A stretch of DNA of 43,795 nucleotides from a virus (Duplodnaviria; Caudoviricetes): positions 1 through 43,795 of IMG/VR virus record IMGVR_UViG_3300028585_000516; one strand, 5' to 3'. The notes below the pieces were generated by a model. The model saw only the letters and a program-made list of their open reading frames with translations, did no database searches and was not told the DNA's origin. The position numbers and the translations under genes were made by a program. Of the stretch, positions 1-7,752 are shown piece after piece. The number at the start of each line of letters is the position of its first letter. Position 1 is the stretch's first letter.

Positions 1-1
1 A

Positions 2-44
2 TGTTACCTAAATCCAAGATCCTGTTACCTCGGCACTGTATAAT
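2..44 (+). promoter_or_regulatory. Integrase promoter (TATAAT at 39-44, probably leaderless) with TGTTACCT direct repeats at 2-9 and 23-30
   Basis: Perfect -10 hexamer 7 nt upstream of the in-frame ATG at 52; no RBS; 8-bp direct repeat. Confidence 0.6.
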
Positions 45-51
45 CCGCGTC

Positions 52-1266
52 ATGGCTACTATCCAACGGCGCGAAACCCTTAAAGGCATCTCTTTCCGCG
101 TCGTTTGGCGCGATGACTCCAAGCAGAAGGTTCGCACTTTTAGCGAAGCCCTGTATGGAACAGAAGCCGAATCCCGTGCCAAAGACTGGAAGGGCGTCAT
201 TGAAGCCCACAATGGCGACCAGGAAGCCGCAGAGATCCGCCTGGCCCAGCGCATGGACGATGGTCGCAAACTCTCCGAGGCGTACCAGCACTATATGGAT
301 CGCCACCGCGGTACCAAGAAGACGCTGCAGGAGTACGAGAGCTACTGGCGCAACCATGTCGGACCCGCACTAGGCGAGCTCCCTGTCCGACAGATCCGGC
401 CCGACGATATCCGCGCCCTGGTCTACACGCTCGAGAGTAAAGACCGGGCGCCCAAGACGATCCACAACGTGTGTGGCTTCCTCTCGCAGGTGCTCAATCA
501 CGCAGTGACGATGGGTTGGGCGATCTCCTCCCCCTACAGCGCGCAGCTGCTGCCGAAGAATCGTGCGATCAAAGCTGAGCGCGACAACTTCCTCACCATC
601 CGTGAGGCGAACATGATCATCGACGCCATGCGCACGCACAACGACGCGACACGGATCCTGCTGGCGACCGGCATGCGGCCGAGTGAGCTCTGCGCCCTCG
701 ACGTGGGAGACGTGAACCTCACCGCGCAGCAGCCGAGCATCCGAGTCACCAAGGCCGTGAAGCAGGATCGTGTGGGCGGCGACTACATCGGTGAGCCAAA
801 GTCGAAGCGCTCAGTCCGCACGATCGGGCTGCCCCCGTCTGCCGTCGAGGTGCTCAAGGCCTGGACCGCCGGCAAGGCGGACAATGAGCCGCTGTTCACG
901 CAGTCAGTGGGCCCCGGCAACAATGCCGAGAAGGTGCGGCTCCGTCGCAAGCGGATCTATCAGACCTGGCAGCGGACCGTGGAGAAGCTACGCGCTGCAG
1001 GGATAGATGAGGACGGCACACCCCTCCCCCCGAAGCTGTCCAAGAAGCCGGCCCTCTACGCTCTGCGGCACACACACGCTTCCCTGATGCTGGATGCAGG
1101 GATGTCGATCTGGCAGTTGTCCCGACATATGGGCCATGCTTCGGTGTCGATCACCGAGACCACCTACGCTCACCTCATGCCCGACGCTCACTATCAAGCA
1201 GCGAGCTTCGCGGCGAAGGCAATGGGCGGAGGAGAAGTAGCGCTAGAACTCCAGGCGGTCACGTGA
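52..1266 (+). CDS. int: Tyrosine integrase
   Basis: TGMRPSE (catalytic R), K, YALRHTHAS (HxxR-box variant), MGH, TTYAH (catalytic Y); N-terminal arm-binding and SAM-like domains; ATG 52 preferred over ATG 1. Confidence 0.95.
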   Translation: MATIQRRETLKGISFRVVWRDDSKQKVRTFSEALYGTEAESRAKDWKGVIEAHNGDQEAAEIRLAQRMDDGRKLSEAYQHYMDRHRGTKKTLQEYESYWRNHVGPALGELPVRQIRPDDIRALVYTLESKDRAPKTIHNVCGFLSQVLNHAVTMGWAISSPYSAQLLPKNRAIKAERDNFLTIREANMIIDAMRTHNDATRILLATGMRPSELCALDVGDVNLTAQQPSIRVTKAVKQDRVGGDYIGEPKSKRSVRTIGLPPSAVEVLKAWTAGKADNEPLFTQSVGPGNNAEKVRLRRKRIYQTWQRTVEKLRAAGIDEDGTPLPPKLSKKPALYALRHTHASLMLDAGMSIWQLSRHMGHASVSITETTYAHLMPDAHYQAASFAAKAMGGGEVALELQAVT

Positions 1267-1316
1267 CAAGTAAGATTCGATCCAAGGTTCGTGCAGGTTC
1301 TAGTAAGGGATTGGTT

Positions 1317-1850
1317 ATGAGGCTTTTGCCTGTTGGCTTATTGGCGGTAGGTGGCTTGTTGTTGTCGGGTTGTGTGCCTTTGTCGTCTTCGGATGATGAG
1401 AAGTCTGCGGTGCCGGTTGCAGTGGAGTCTTCTGAACCGGCGGTGTCTGATTCTCCGGAGCCTGAGCCGTCACCCGCTGAGGAGTCAACCCCTTCACAGA
1501 CTCAGACGCCCACACCTACGCCATCGCCTGAGACGTCCGAGGCTTACCCTGAGCTTGGTGAAAGGGTGGAGGAAGCAGCGCTGTCGGCCTATGGCGTGGA
1601 TTCGTTCACGGCTATGACTGGTAGCCCGGTGGTTGCGGTGACCGGCTTCGAGGATGTGAACAGTGAGACTGTACGCATCAACGTGCAGGAGTCACTTACT
1701 GATGCGGGTAAGGACGATGTGGCCCGCTGGTTCTTTAACATGACGTGCGAGCAGGTGCCCGAGGTGCAGACTTTCGTGGTGCGCGACCTCTCCGGCGTGG
1801 ACAGCAATCATTACGCGGGCGAGCTCTCCCGAATGCCCGCTTGCCAGTGA
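1317..1850 (+). CDS. Lipoprotein (candidate superinfection-exclusion cargo)
   Basis: Signal peptide ending in lipobox LLSGC, S/P/E/T-rich linker, small globular C-terminal domain with two Cys. Confidence 0.8.
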   Translation: MRLLPVGLLAVGGLLLSGCVPLSSSDDEKSAVPVAVESSEPAVSDSPEPEPSPAEESTPSQTQTPTPTPSPETSEAYPELGERVEEAALSAYGVDSFTAMTGSPVVAVTGFEDVNSETVRINVQESLTDAGKDDVARWFFNMTCEQVPEVQTFVVRDLSGVDSNHYAGELSRMPACQ

Positions 1851-2128
1851 TCTTTCACCGCCCGCTCCCCGAGATGCTGATCTACGGCGAGCACAGTATC
1901 GACCCTGCCGAGGTGCAGTCCGCCCCGTATCGCCGTGAGCCCTACGTCCGCGTGGAGCTCCCGGACCTGGGCACCGTGGACGCGAAGGCCACACGGTGGA
2001 CCAAGGAGCGCGTGCTCATCCGGTGGGTGAACGCCGACCACGACAACCAGTCCGCCTGGGTGCCCGCAGAGTGGGTTACGCGGATCGACCGGGCCGAGTC
2101 GAGTTGGCGGGATCCGTACGACCTGTAG
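1847..2128 (+). CDS. Hypothetical protein (Trp-rich, small beta domain)
   Basis: GTGA overlap with the lipoprotein stop; coherent ~93 aa ORF. Confidence 0.7.
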   Translation: MIFHRPLPEMLIYGEHSIDPAEVQSAPYRREPYVRVELPDLGTVDAKATRWTKERVLIRWVNADHDNQSAWVPAEWVTRIDRAESSWRDPYDL

Positions 2129-2662
2129 CTAGGCACTGCTTGCCCGACGCTTCACCTTAGCCGCGAGGCTGCGAATGCGGTTGCACTGCTTGCAGGTCTT
2201 GTGGACATATCCGTTGCGATCCACGCGTACATAGATGTTCTCGGGGATCCATGGGTGACCGTGTGCACATTTTTCCTTGGTGCGGATAGGCGGGCGCCCA
2301 CGGCTGCCCCGGACGCCGAACTGCCATTCCGGGAAGGGTGCTGCCCGTTCGTAGTTCTGGTAGTTCGTGACGAGTTCCAGGTGATCCGGATTCACGCACT
2401 TGCGGTTGCGACAGAGGTGGTCAATCTGCAAGCTCGGGTCAGGAATTTCGCCCCGGAAGACAAGCCACGCGATGCGGTGAGCTCCGGACGAGCGTACTTT
2501 CCCAGCCAGCGTGATGCGGAATCGACCGTATCCGTACCGGTCGAGAGCTTTGTTCCATTCCCAGCAACCATGCGGCGAGACGTCCGTGTTGCGGGTAATC
2601 CGCAGTCGAGCGATCTCGGCCTGGGACTCGGGGATGGATGTGATCGGGGTAGGCTTTTTCAT
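2129..2662 (-). CDS. HNH homing endonuclease with C-terminal Zn-finger
   Basis: GCWEW, GYGRF, AHR, IDHLCRNRKCVNPDHLELVT; CxxGH...CxxC; RBS AGGAGG. Confidence 0.92.
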   Translation of the reverse strand: MKKPTPITSIPESQAEIARLRITRNTDVSPHGCWEWNKALDRYGYGRFRITLAGKVRSSGAHRIAWLVFRGEIPDPSLQIDHLCRNRKCVNPDHLELVTNYQNYERAAPFPEWQFGVRGSRGRPPIRTKEKCAHGHPWIPENIYVRVDRNGYVHKTCKQCNRIRSLAAKVKRRASSA

Positions 2663-2695
2663 AGCCCCTCCTTGCAATCTCAAGTGAGTGGGTCA

Positions 2696-2742
2696 GGCCC
2701 TGGTGAGTGTTGGTAGCACTCTCTGGGGCCGCTCTCATTCTA
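2696..2742 (-). promoter_or_regulatory. HNH gene -10 (TAGAAT) followed by 5' leader hairpin
   Basis: TAGAAT at 2737-2742; GGCCC/GGGCC outer stem and GAGTG-CTACCAA-CACTC inner stem. Confidence 0.5.
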
Positions 2743-2766
2743 CCTGGCTAATCGTGTTTTGGACAC

Positions 2767-2809
2767 AAAAAAAGCAACCGCCCCACCCTCGAATGAGGAT
2801 GGGGCGGTT
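2767..2809 (-). terminator. Intrinsic terminator ending the late/lysis operon
   Basis: AACCGCCCCA...TGGGGCGGTT stem followed by a U7 tract on the minus strand. Confidence 0.85.
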
Positions 2810-2922
2810 CTGGTTTATCAAGGTTAGTCCGGTTTTGCTCGGGCGACTAAACCTGTGCCAGTTGTAAAAGACCGGCCTGTTTCTTTACACGTCGGCGCAA
2901 CCTGCAAAGAATCCTTGCAGGT

Positions 2923-3159
2923 TCAAACCTGGTGCTCGGAGCTGATTGGTGACGCACCCTTCTCCACGGGTGCCACCTTGCGTCGGACCAAGTAGGCAAC
3001 GACTGCCACGATGGCAACGACGAACGCCTGGGTGGTGGCGAGTTGATCGGCGCTGAGGTCAACACCGAACGCAACCAGCATCGGGCCAAGCGCCACGAAC
3101 GCTGCGATGATGAGGCCGCCAAGTGCGACGGGCTCCTTGGGTTTAGCTGTCTGTGTCAT
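2923..3159 (-). CDS. Holin
   Basis: 78 aa, two TM segments, KEPV...VRRKVAP pattern; TGATG-coupled to the endolysin. Confidence 0.85.
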   Translation of the reverse strand: MTQTAKPKEPVALGGLIIAAFVALGPMLVAFGVDLSADQLATTQAFVVAIVAVVAYLVRRKVAPVEKGASPISSEHQV

Positions 3160-4280
3160 CAGTACACCTTTCCTGTGTAGCCGCGCAGCTTGGGCATTGC
3201 GGATGCTGGTTTGGGGGTGAAGTAGCGGCGCTGATCGTTGAGGAATTCCTTCTCAGCGCGGACGGTCTTGCTGTCACGCTTGTTGTCGATCGCGCCGTCG
3301 TAGTAGCCGCGGAGCTTGAGGAAGCGTTGGATCCGCTGGACATAGGCGCCGGCGACTCCCTTGGTGCCAAGCCATTCATGCAGGTCCGAGTACGGGGAGC
3401 CCTTGTGCGCGCCCAGCCGGTAGAGCAGTTCCTCCCATGCAAGGTCAAGCTCGGTGGTGCGGGTGCCGTTGAGGGGCATGGCCCGGTCTGGGAAGTTGCC
3501 GTGGAAGAGCTTGCGGGAAGCGTCCCCGTTGCCCTTCGCGACGGCGCTGCGTGGGATCCAGTAGTCGCCCACCTGGATCCACCACTTGGTCACCTCAGCG
3601 TCGGAGGCAATGAGCAGCGGCTCACCCTTGCGGACTGTGCGCACCTTGCGAGACTTGGACGACGGCAGCGTGTGCAGGGCCGAATGCTTGTCTGCCACAC
3701 ACCAACCCTTGTGCGCCGACTTCTCAGCCGCCACGGGCTTGACACCTGATGCGCCGCGCTCGTACGCCCGGTAGTAGGTGAAGAACTCGTCCCACGGGAA
3801 GTCCTTGCCGGGGTCCGTGCGGTCTGCAGGCTGGACCTCTTCGTGGGTGATGAAGCCCTTGTGCCCGTTGTCGGCCTGCCATCGGGTGATGACCTTCGCC
3901 GGCACAGTGCCGCGCCCGTTGCGCTTGTGCCACTGGCTGGTGATGTGTGCACCCTCAGCCCCGGAGCGTAGGAGTGCCTTGCGTGCGCGGTCTGAGAGTT
4001 TCTTCCAGTCTGCGGCGCGAGTTACGAATGACAGGCTGGATGCGTACCCGTTGATGGCCGGCGCGTGCCAGGTCTTTGTGGAGAGCCCCGAGAGTTGGAA
4101 CAGCTCATCGTAGGTGTCGCAGATCATGTCGTATGACCCATAGTCACTGCGGCCGCGGATGAATACCGCCAGCGCTAGGTTGCGAGTTCCGGGCGCGTTC
4201 TCTGAAGTGTGCATGCCGATCACTGGCCGCGTGTTCCGGTGCCCGCCCTGCTGCTTGGTTCCGTCGAGGTAGAAGCTCAT
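3159..4280 (-). CDS. Endolysin (N-acetylmuramoyl-L-alanine amidase with SH3-like and PG-binding domains)
   Basis: IGMHTSE, TWHA, ITHEE...RTDPGKDFPW amidase_2 motifs; C-terminal IQRFLKLRGYYDGAID PG-binding motif. Confidence 0.9.
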   Translation of the reverse strand: MSFYLDGTKQQGGHRNTRPVIGMHTSENAPGTRNLALAVFIRGRSDYGSYDMICDTYDELFQLSGLSTKTWHAPAINGYASSLSFVTRAADWKKLSDRARKALLRSGAEGAHITSQWHKRNGRGTVPAKVITRWQADNGHKGFITHEEVQPADRTDPGKDFPWDEFFTYYRAYERGASGVKPVAAEKSAHKGWCVADKHSALHTLPSSKSRKVRTVRKGEPLLIASDAEVTKWWIQVGDYWIPRSAVAKGNGDASRKLFHGNFPDRAMPLNGTRTTELDLAWEELLYRLGAHKGSPYSDLHEWLGTKGVAGAYVQRIQRFLKLRGYYDGAIDNKRDSKTVRAEKEFLNDQRRYFTPKPASAMPKLRGYTGKVY

Positions 4281-4465
4281 CAGTGACCCACCACCTCTCC
4301 GCGTTCTTCTGCTTCCTTCATGCCTGCGACCTGCTCCTCAACCTCTGCACGCTGGTGTTCTGGCAGGTCATCGAGTTCGAGGTCGTGACCGGTGGTGCCC
4401 TGACCGTCGTCACCCTCTAGCTCGAGGTCCCGGTCCGGGTCGATCTCTTCTGGCATGTCACTCAT
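4280..4465 (-). CDS. Small acidic hypothetical protein
   Basis: RBS AGGAGG, MSDMPEEID..., TGATG coupling to the endolysin. Confidence 0.7.
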   Translation of the reverse strand: MSDMPEEIDPDRDLELEGDDGQGTTGHDLELDDLPEHQRAEVEEQVAGMKEAEERGEVVGH

Positions 4466-4480
4466 GGCTGCCTCCTGGGC

Positions 4481-4514
4481 AAAGAAATAGCCCCGTCCGT
4501 GTGGAGCGGGGCTT
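4481..4514 (-). terminator. Intrinsic terminator
   Basis: AGCCCCG...CGGGGCT stem followed by ATTTCTTT. Confidence 0.7.
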
Positions 4515-4529
4515 GGTGGTTCGGTGTGG

Positions 4530-4790
4530 CTATTCGCCGGCTGGCGTGTCGGGCAGGTTCGCGATCTGGTCGGCTGGCACACCACCTCTTATGGCGGCGA
4601 TCCGCACCGAGTGGTAGGCCGATTCGGCTTCACGGCGACGCCGCACCTCGGCGTCGAGTCGTTTCTGCACCTTGTGGGCTTGATCCATACGACCCTTGGT
4701 CCAGTCGCGCACCCAGTCGAACAGCTTGATGGCAATGGCTCCCAGAGGACCGGCGACCAGCGCGGTGATCAGTTCGGGGCTCACGTGCAA
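4530..4790 (-). CDS. Membrane protein (lysis cassette; one TM plus coiled coil)
   Basis: N-terminal hydrophobic helix then charged helix. Confidence 0.75.
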   Translation of the reverse strand: MHVSPELITALVAGPLGAIAIKLFDWVRDWTKGRMDQAHKVQKRLDAEVRRRREAESAYHSVRIAAIRGGVPADQIANLPDTPAGE

Positions 4791-4796
4791 ACCCCC

Positions 4797-5363
4797 TTAT
4801 TTGGTCGCTAGTGGTTCTCTGCGACGTGCGTAGGGGCGGTCCCATATCCACATCGCCCTCGCCGTCAGCATAAGTATGGTGAAGCAGACGATGCTTATTT
4901 GTAGGTCCCGGTTACCCTCAGCTTCGACCTGGCCGAGCCAGACGACGAGCACGCAGTAGATAATGGTGGCTACCCCCGCCAGTAGGACACCCCCTCGCTC
5001 GAGCCAGTTCCAACCGGGTAGGCAGGTCAGTGCGCCGATGATTCCACCAGTGACCAGCATGATTGAAAGCAGGGTCATTGCGACGTTACCGGCGGCGTAG
5101 GTGATTGTGAGGGGCGGGTCGGTAAGTGCTGACTGCCCTCCCCAGGTCAAGATGATGTAGCCAATGAACACCAGTAGCGAGATCCCTCGGGGTTCGTTGA
5201 CCAGGTGCCAGAAGTTCCGTGACGCCTGCCGTGGATGGTGGATTGAAAGGACGACGACGCGGGCCGCCCAGAGGGTGGTCGCCCAGCACCAGGCGACCAC
5301 CCCTCCCGCTGTGCGCGGCTCCGGTGGCCGCGGTCGGTTTGTCAGATGAGTCTTATGTGGCAT
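4797..5363 (-). CDS. Multi-pass membrane protein (lysis cassette)
   Basis: About four TM segments; located between fibre and endolysin. Confidence 0.8.
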   Translation of the reverse strand: MPHKTHLTNRPRPPEPRTAGGVVAWCWATTLWAARVVVLSIHHPRQASRNFWHLVNEPRGISLLVFIGYIILTWGGQSALTDPPLTITYAAGNVAMTLLSIMLVTGGIIGALTCLPGWNWLERGGVLLAGVATIIYCVLVVWLGQVEAEGNRDLQISIVCFTILMLTARAMWIWDRPYARRREPLATK

Positions 5364-5422
5364 CAGATTACCGTTCCTGTTCGTAGCGGCTCGTCGCCGG
5401 GGATGTACTGGGAATGCGGCAT
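5363..5422 (-). CDS. 19-aa micro-ORF MPHSQYIPGDEPLRTGTVI
   Basis: RBS AGGAG, fills the intergenic gap, TGATG overlap with the next gene. Confidence 0.45.
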   Translation of the reverse strand: MPHSQYIPGDEPLRTGTVI

Positions 5423-5431
5423 GGTGGGCTC

Positions 5432-7438
5432 CTATGTGAGTCGCAGTTGGTCGAGAATGCCAGGTGCCACCACGTGCACGTACTCTCCTGAGAACCGATG
5501 CACCAACCCAGCTGGGATGATGGTTCCGGGTGCGAATAATCGCTGGTAGTGCTTGAGTACGCTGGTGTTGCGGTGCTCTAGGAATGACCGCATGGCCGCG
5601 GGGTCTTTACCGAACGCGCCCCGCCGCACGGTCTCTGCCCCGTTGTCGTACTTGAATGCCATCCCGATGTTCGGGTTAGACGATGACAGGAACGCGAACG
5701 AGTTAGCCTGGTCGGTCTCATCCGCAAGATAGGTGGATGAACCGTCTGTGAGGGTGGCCGGATATTCGTTGCGGAATGACGTCACCATCCGGTCGAAAAG
5801 GTCGTTTCGGACTGGTCCCATCATCACGTAGCAGGTCCCCGCCACCAGCTGGGCGAGGGTCTTCCACTTGCCGTTGATGGCAAGCCGACCGTCTGGGTGA
5901 ATGCGGTGAGATGTCCACACCTCAATCAGGTTCTTCGTCCCACTGTTCGGGTTGCGCCCATAGATGCGTTGCACGAACTCGAACGCTTTGAGCTCCCGAA
6001 CCTCCCCCACCCCAATGGTTGTCGGGTTAATGGCGGTAGTCCCGTCATAGATCATTGGCGGGTCAGCTGCCACAGAGGTGGGGTGTCCGTGACTGGGGAC
6101 GAACTCTGTTGCTGTTCCCGGTTCAGCGATCCGCAGCGCGAAGTCCCGGTTAGACCGGGGTGCCACAAGAGTGTCCTTCGAAATGTTCGGAGAGACCACG
6201 AGCACAAAGGGCCGTGCTGGTCCGCTTCCTACCCACTGCAGCCAGCCTCTAGCGGGGGTAGAGCTTGGAGGGTTGGCCGGGTCTGCTCCCATGAACTCAC
6301 CGCGTAGCACGTAGCTGCCCTTCGCCACGTCCTCGAATCCGCTGTTGACGTTGTCGGTGATGTTTGTGCGGTAGGTGGAGATAATCTTCTCTTGGCCCCC
6401 TAGGGTGAGCTTCCAGATGCCACCACGGTTGTCGGTGTAGTGCTGGAGGTACACCGAGGAGCCGTCTGTCAGCACCTTGACGGCGCGTTCGAACGTGGCG
6501 CCCACGTTCCCGGTCCAAATGGTGGTGGCCTGGGTGTAGGTGCCCGTGGTTGTAAGGTCTGCCCACCCGTAGGACTCGGTGGTCTGACGGGTGACCGCGC
6601 CCGCCCAGACTTCCCCGACATACCAGTACTCATCGCCGGGCCGCCCAAACTCGTAGGTCATGTGGGTCGAACCATCCGCAGGCAGGCACGAGACTTGGAC
6701 GATGCCGGTAGATGTGCGGCGCAACTGTAGGCGCGTGGTGTTGGAGCGCGAGGCCATACCACCGAAGCAGTCAGACTCAGGGCGCACCGCCAACTTATCC
6801 GCCGGCGACATAAGCCCTGGGTCGGAGCTTGTTGCCAGTTGAGTGGGCATCGGCCCCTGTGGACCAGTAGCCCCTGGTGAGCCCTGTGGCCCCTGTGGTC
6901 CGGTCAGCCCTTGTGGTCCAAGTGGTCCCATGTTTCCGTTTGCGCCGCGGGGGCCTGCCGGTCCGGTTGGCCCCCTAAGACTTGATAGCCACGACTGAAT
7001 GGTGCCGGTGAAACCATTGCGCACTGCAACCTGGTACGCGTCGGATCCCTCTCTGCCGGGAATGCCTCCCAGTTCGCGAATGCTCGCGAGCTGGGACCAC
7101 CAGTTAGGGTCTGGCTCGTAGGCCAGCCCTGCTTTTGGGTCGAACCTCACCAGGCTCTCAAAGTCGTGGTCCCCATTGGGCGGGACCAGCACGTTCGTGG
7201 AGAAGCTGTAGGTGCCGATCCGCCCACGCACCGCGTAATACCAGTCAGTCCCGCTCCCGAGAATGTTCAGGCTGTTCATCCCAGCGACCAGGTTCATCTT
7301 CCTCGGCTTACCGGAGATCACGTCAGGACCGTTCAACACAGGCCGGTTGCCATCCACGTGTTTGGCGGCGAATGAGATCTCACCTGCTTCCGCTGTCCCT
7401 GTTGACGGGTCGATTCCTCGTACGCGGATTGTTGTCAT
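5432..7438 (-). CDS. Tail fibre / receptor-binding protein with collagen-like repeat
   Basis: (Gly-X-Y)n run at about 6848-6973, GLMSPADK fibre motif, beta-rich C-terminus; ATGA-coupled start. Confidence 0.85.
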   Translation of the reverse strand: MTTIRVRGIDPSTGTAEAGEISFAAKHVDGNRPVLNGPDVISGKPRKMNLVAGMNSLNILGSGTDWYYAVRGRIGTYSFSTNVLVPPNGDHDFESLVRFDPKAGLAYEPDPNWWSQLASIRELGGIPGREGSDAYQVAVRNGFTGTIQSWLSSLRGPTGPAGPRGANGNMGPLGPQGLTGPQGPQGSPGATGPQGPMPTQLATSSDPGLMSPADKLAVRPESDCFGGMASRSNTTRLQLRRTSTGIVQVSCLPADGSTHMTYEFGRPGDEYWYVGEVWAGAVTRQTTESYGWADLTTTGTYTQATTIWTGNVGATFERAVKVLTDGSSVYLQHYTDNRGGIWKLTLGGQEKIISTYRTNITDNVNSGFEDVAKGSYVLRGEFMGADPANPPSSTPARGWLQWVGSGPARPFVLVVSPNISKDTLVAPRSNRDFALRIAEPGTATEFVPSHGHPTSVAADPPMIYDGTTAINPTTIGVGEVRELKAFEFVQRIYGRNPNSGTKNLIEVWTSHRIHPDGRLAINGKWKTLAQLVAGTCYVMMGPVRNDLFDRMVTSFRNEYPATLTDGSSTYLADETDQANSFAFLSSSNPNIGMAFKYDNGAETVRRGAFGKDPAAMRSFLEHRNTSVLKHYQRLFAPGTIIPAGLVHRFSGEYVHVVAPGILDQLRLT

Positions 7439-7752
7439 TCGGTTTCTCCATCCTGTACGGGCGACCATGCTTCGGGGTCGGTGCCGGGTTCGGTCATATT
7501 CAAGTGCTTCAGTGATTCGTGGAGCTGTTCTCCGTGGGTGACGACCGCCCCGTACGGGTAGGAGCACATGAGGTTCTCGGGTTCCACCCAGTCCCCGCCG
7601 CCAGCCCTGCCTAGAGCTCCTTGGTACTGCTGCACCAGCTGGTCTACTTGGGCGGGGGTTTCTCGGAGTATCTTGCGCCGTTCGGCCTCAGCCCGCGATG
7701 CTTGGGCGCGAGCTTCTACCTGCTCGTCCGTCAGATTTGAAAGGTCATCCAT
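7435..7752 (-). CDS. Minor tail protein with CBM5/12-like C-terminus
   Basis: W..P....YPYGAVVTHG...ES....N..EPG....W pattern. Confidence 0.7.
   Translation of the reverse strand: MDDLSNLTDEQVEARAQASRAEAERRKILRETPAQVDQLVQQYQGALGRAGGGDWVEPENLMCSYPYGAVVTHGEQLHESLKHLNMTEPGTDPEAWSPVQDGETE

Noticed and set aside
1-51. N-terminal extension of the integrase from ATG 1
   Set aside because: Overlaps a clear TATAAT promoter; MATIQRR at 52 is a typical integrase start
1274-1283. GATTCGATCC as a tRNA T-loop attP core
   Set aside because: No flanking T-stem or acceptor sequence; too short to support
6848-6973. Repetitive DNA in the fibre gene as a separate repeat element
   Set aside because: Explained by collagen Gly-X-Y coding
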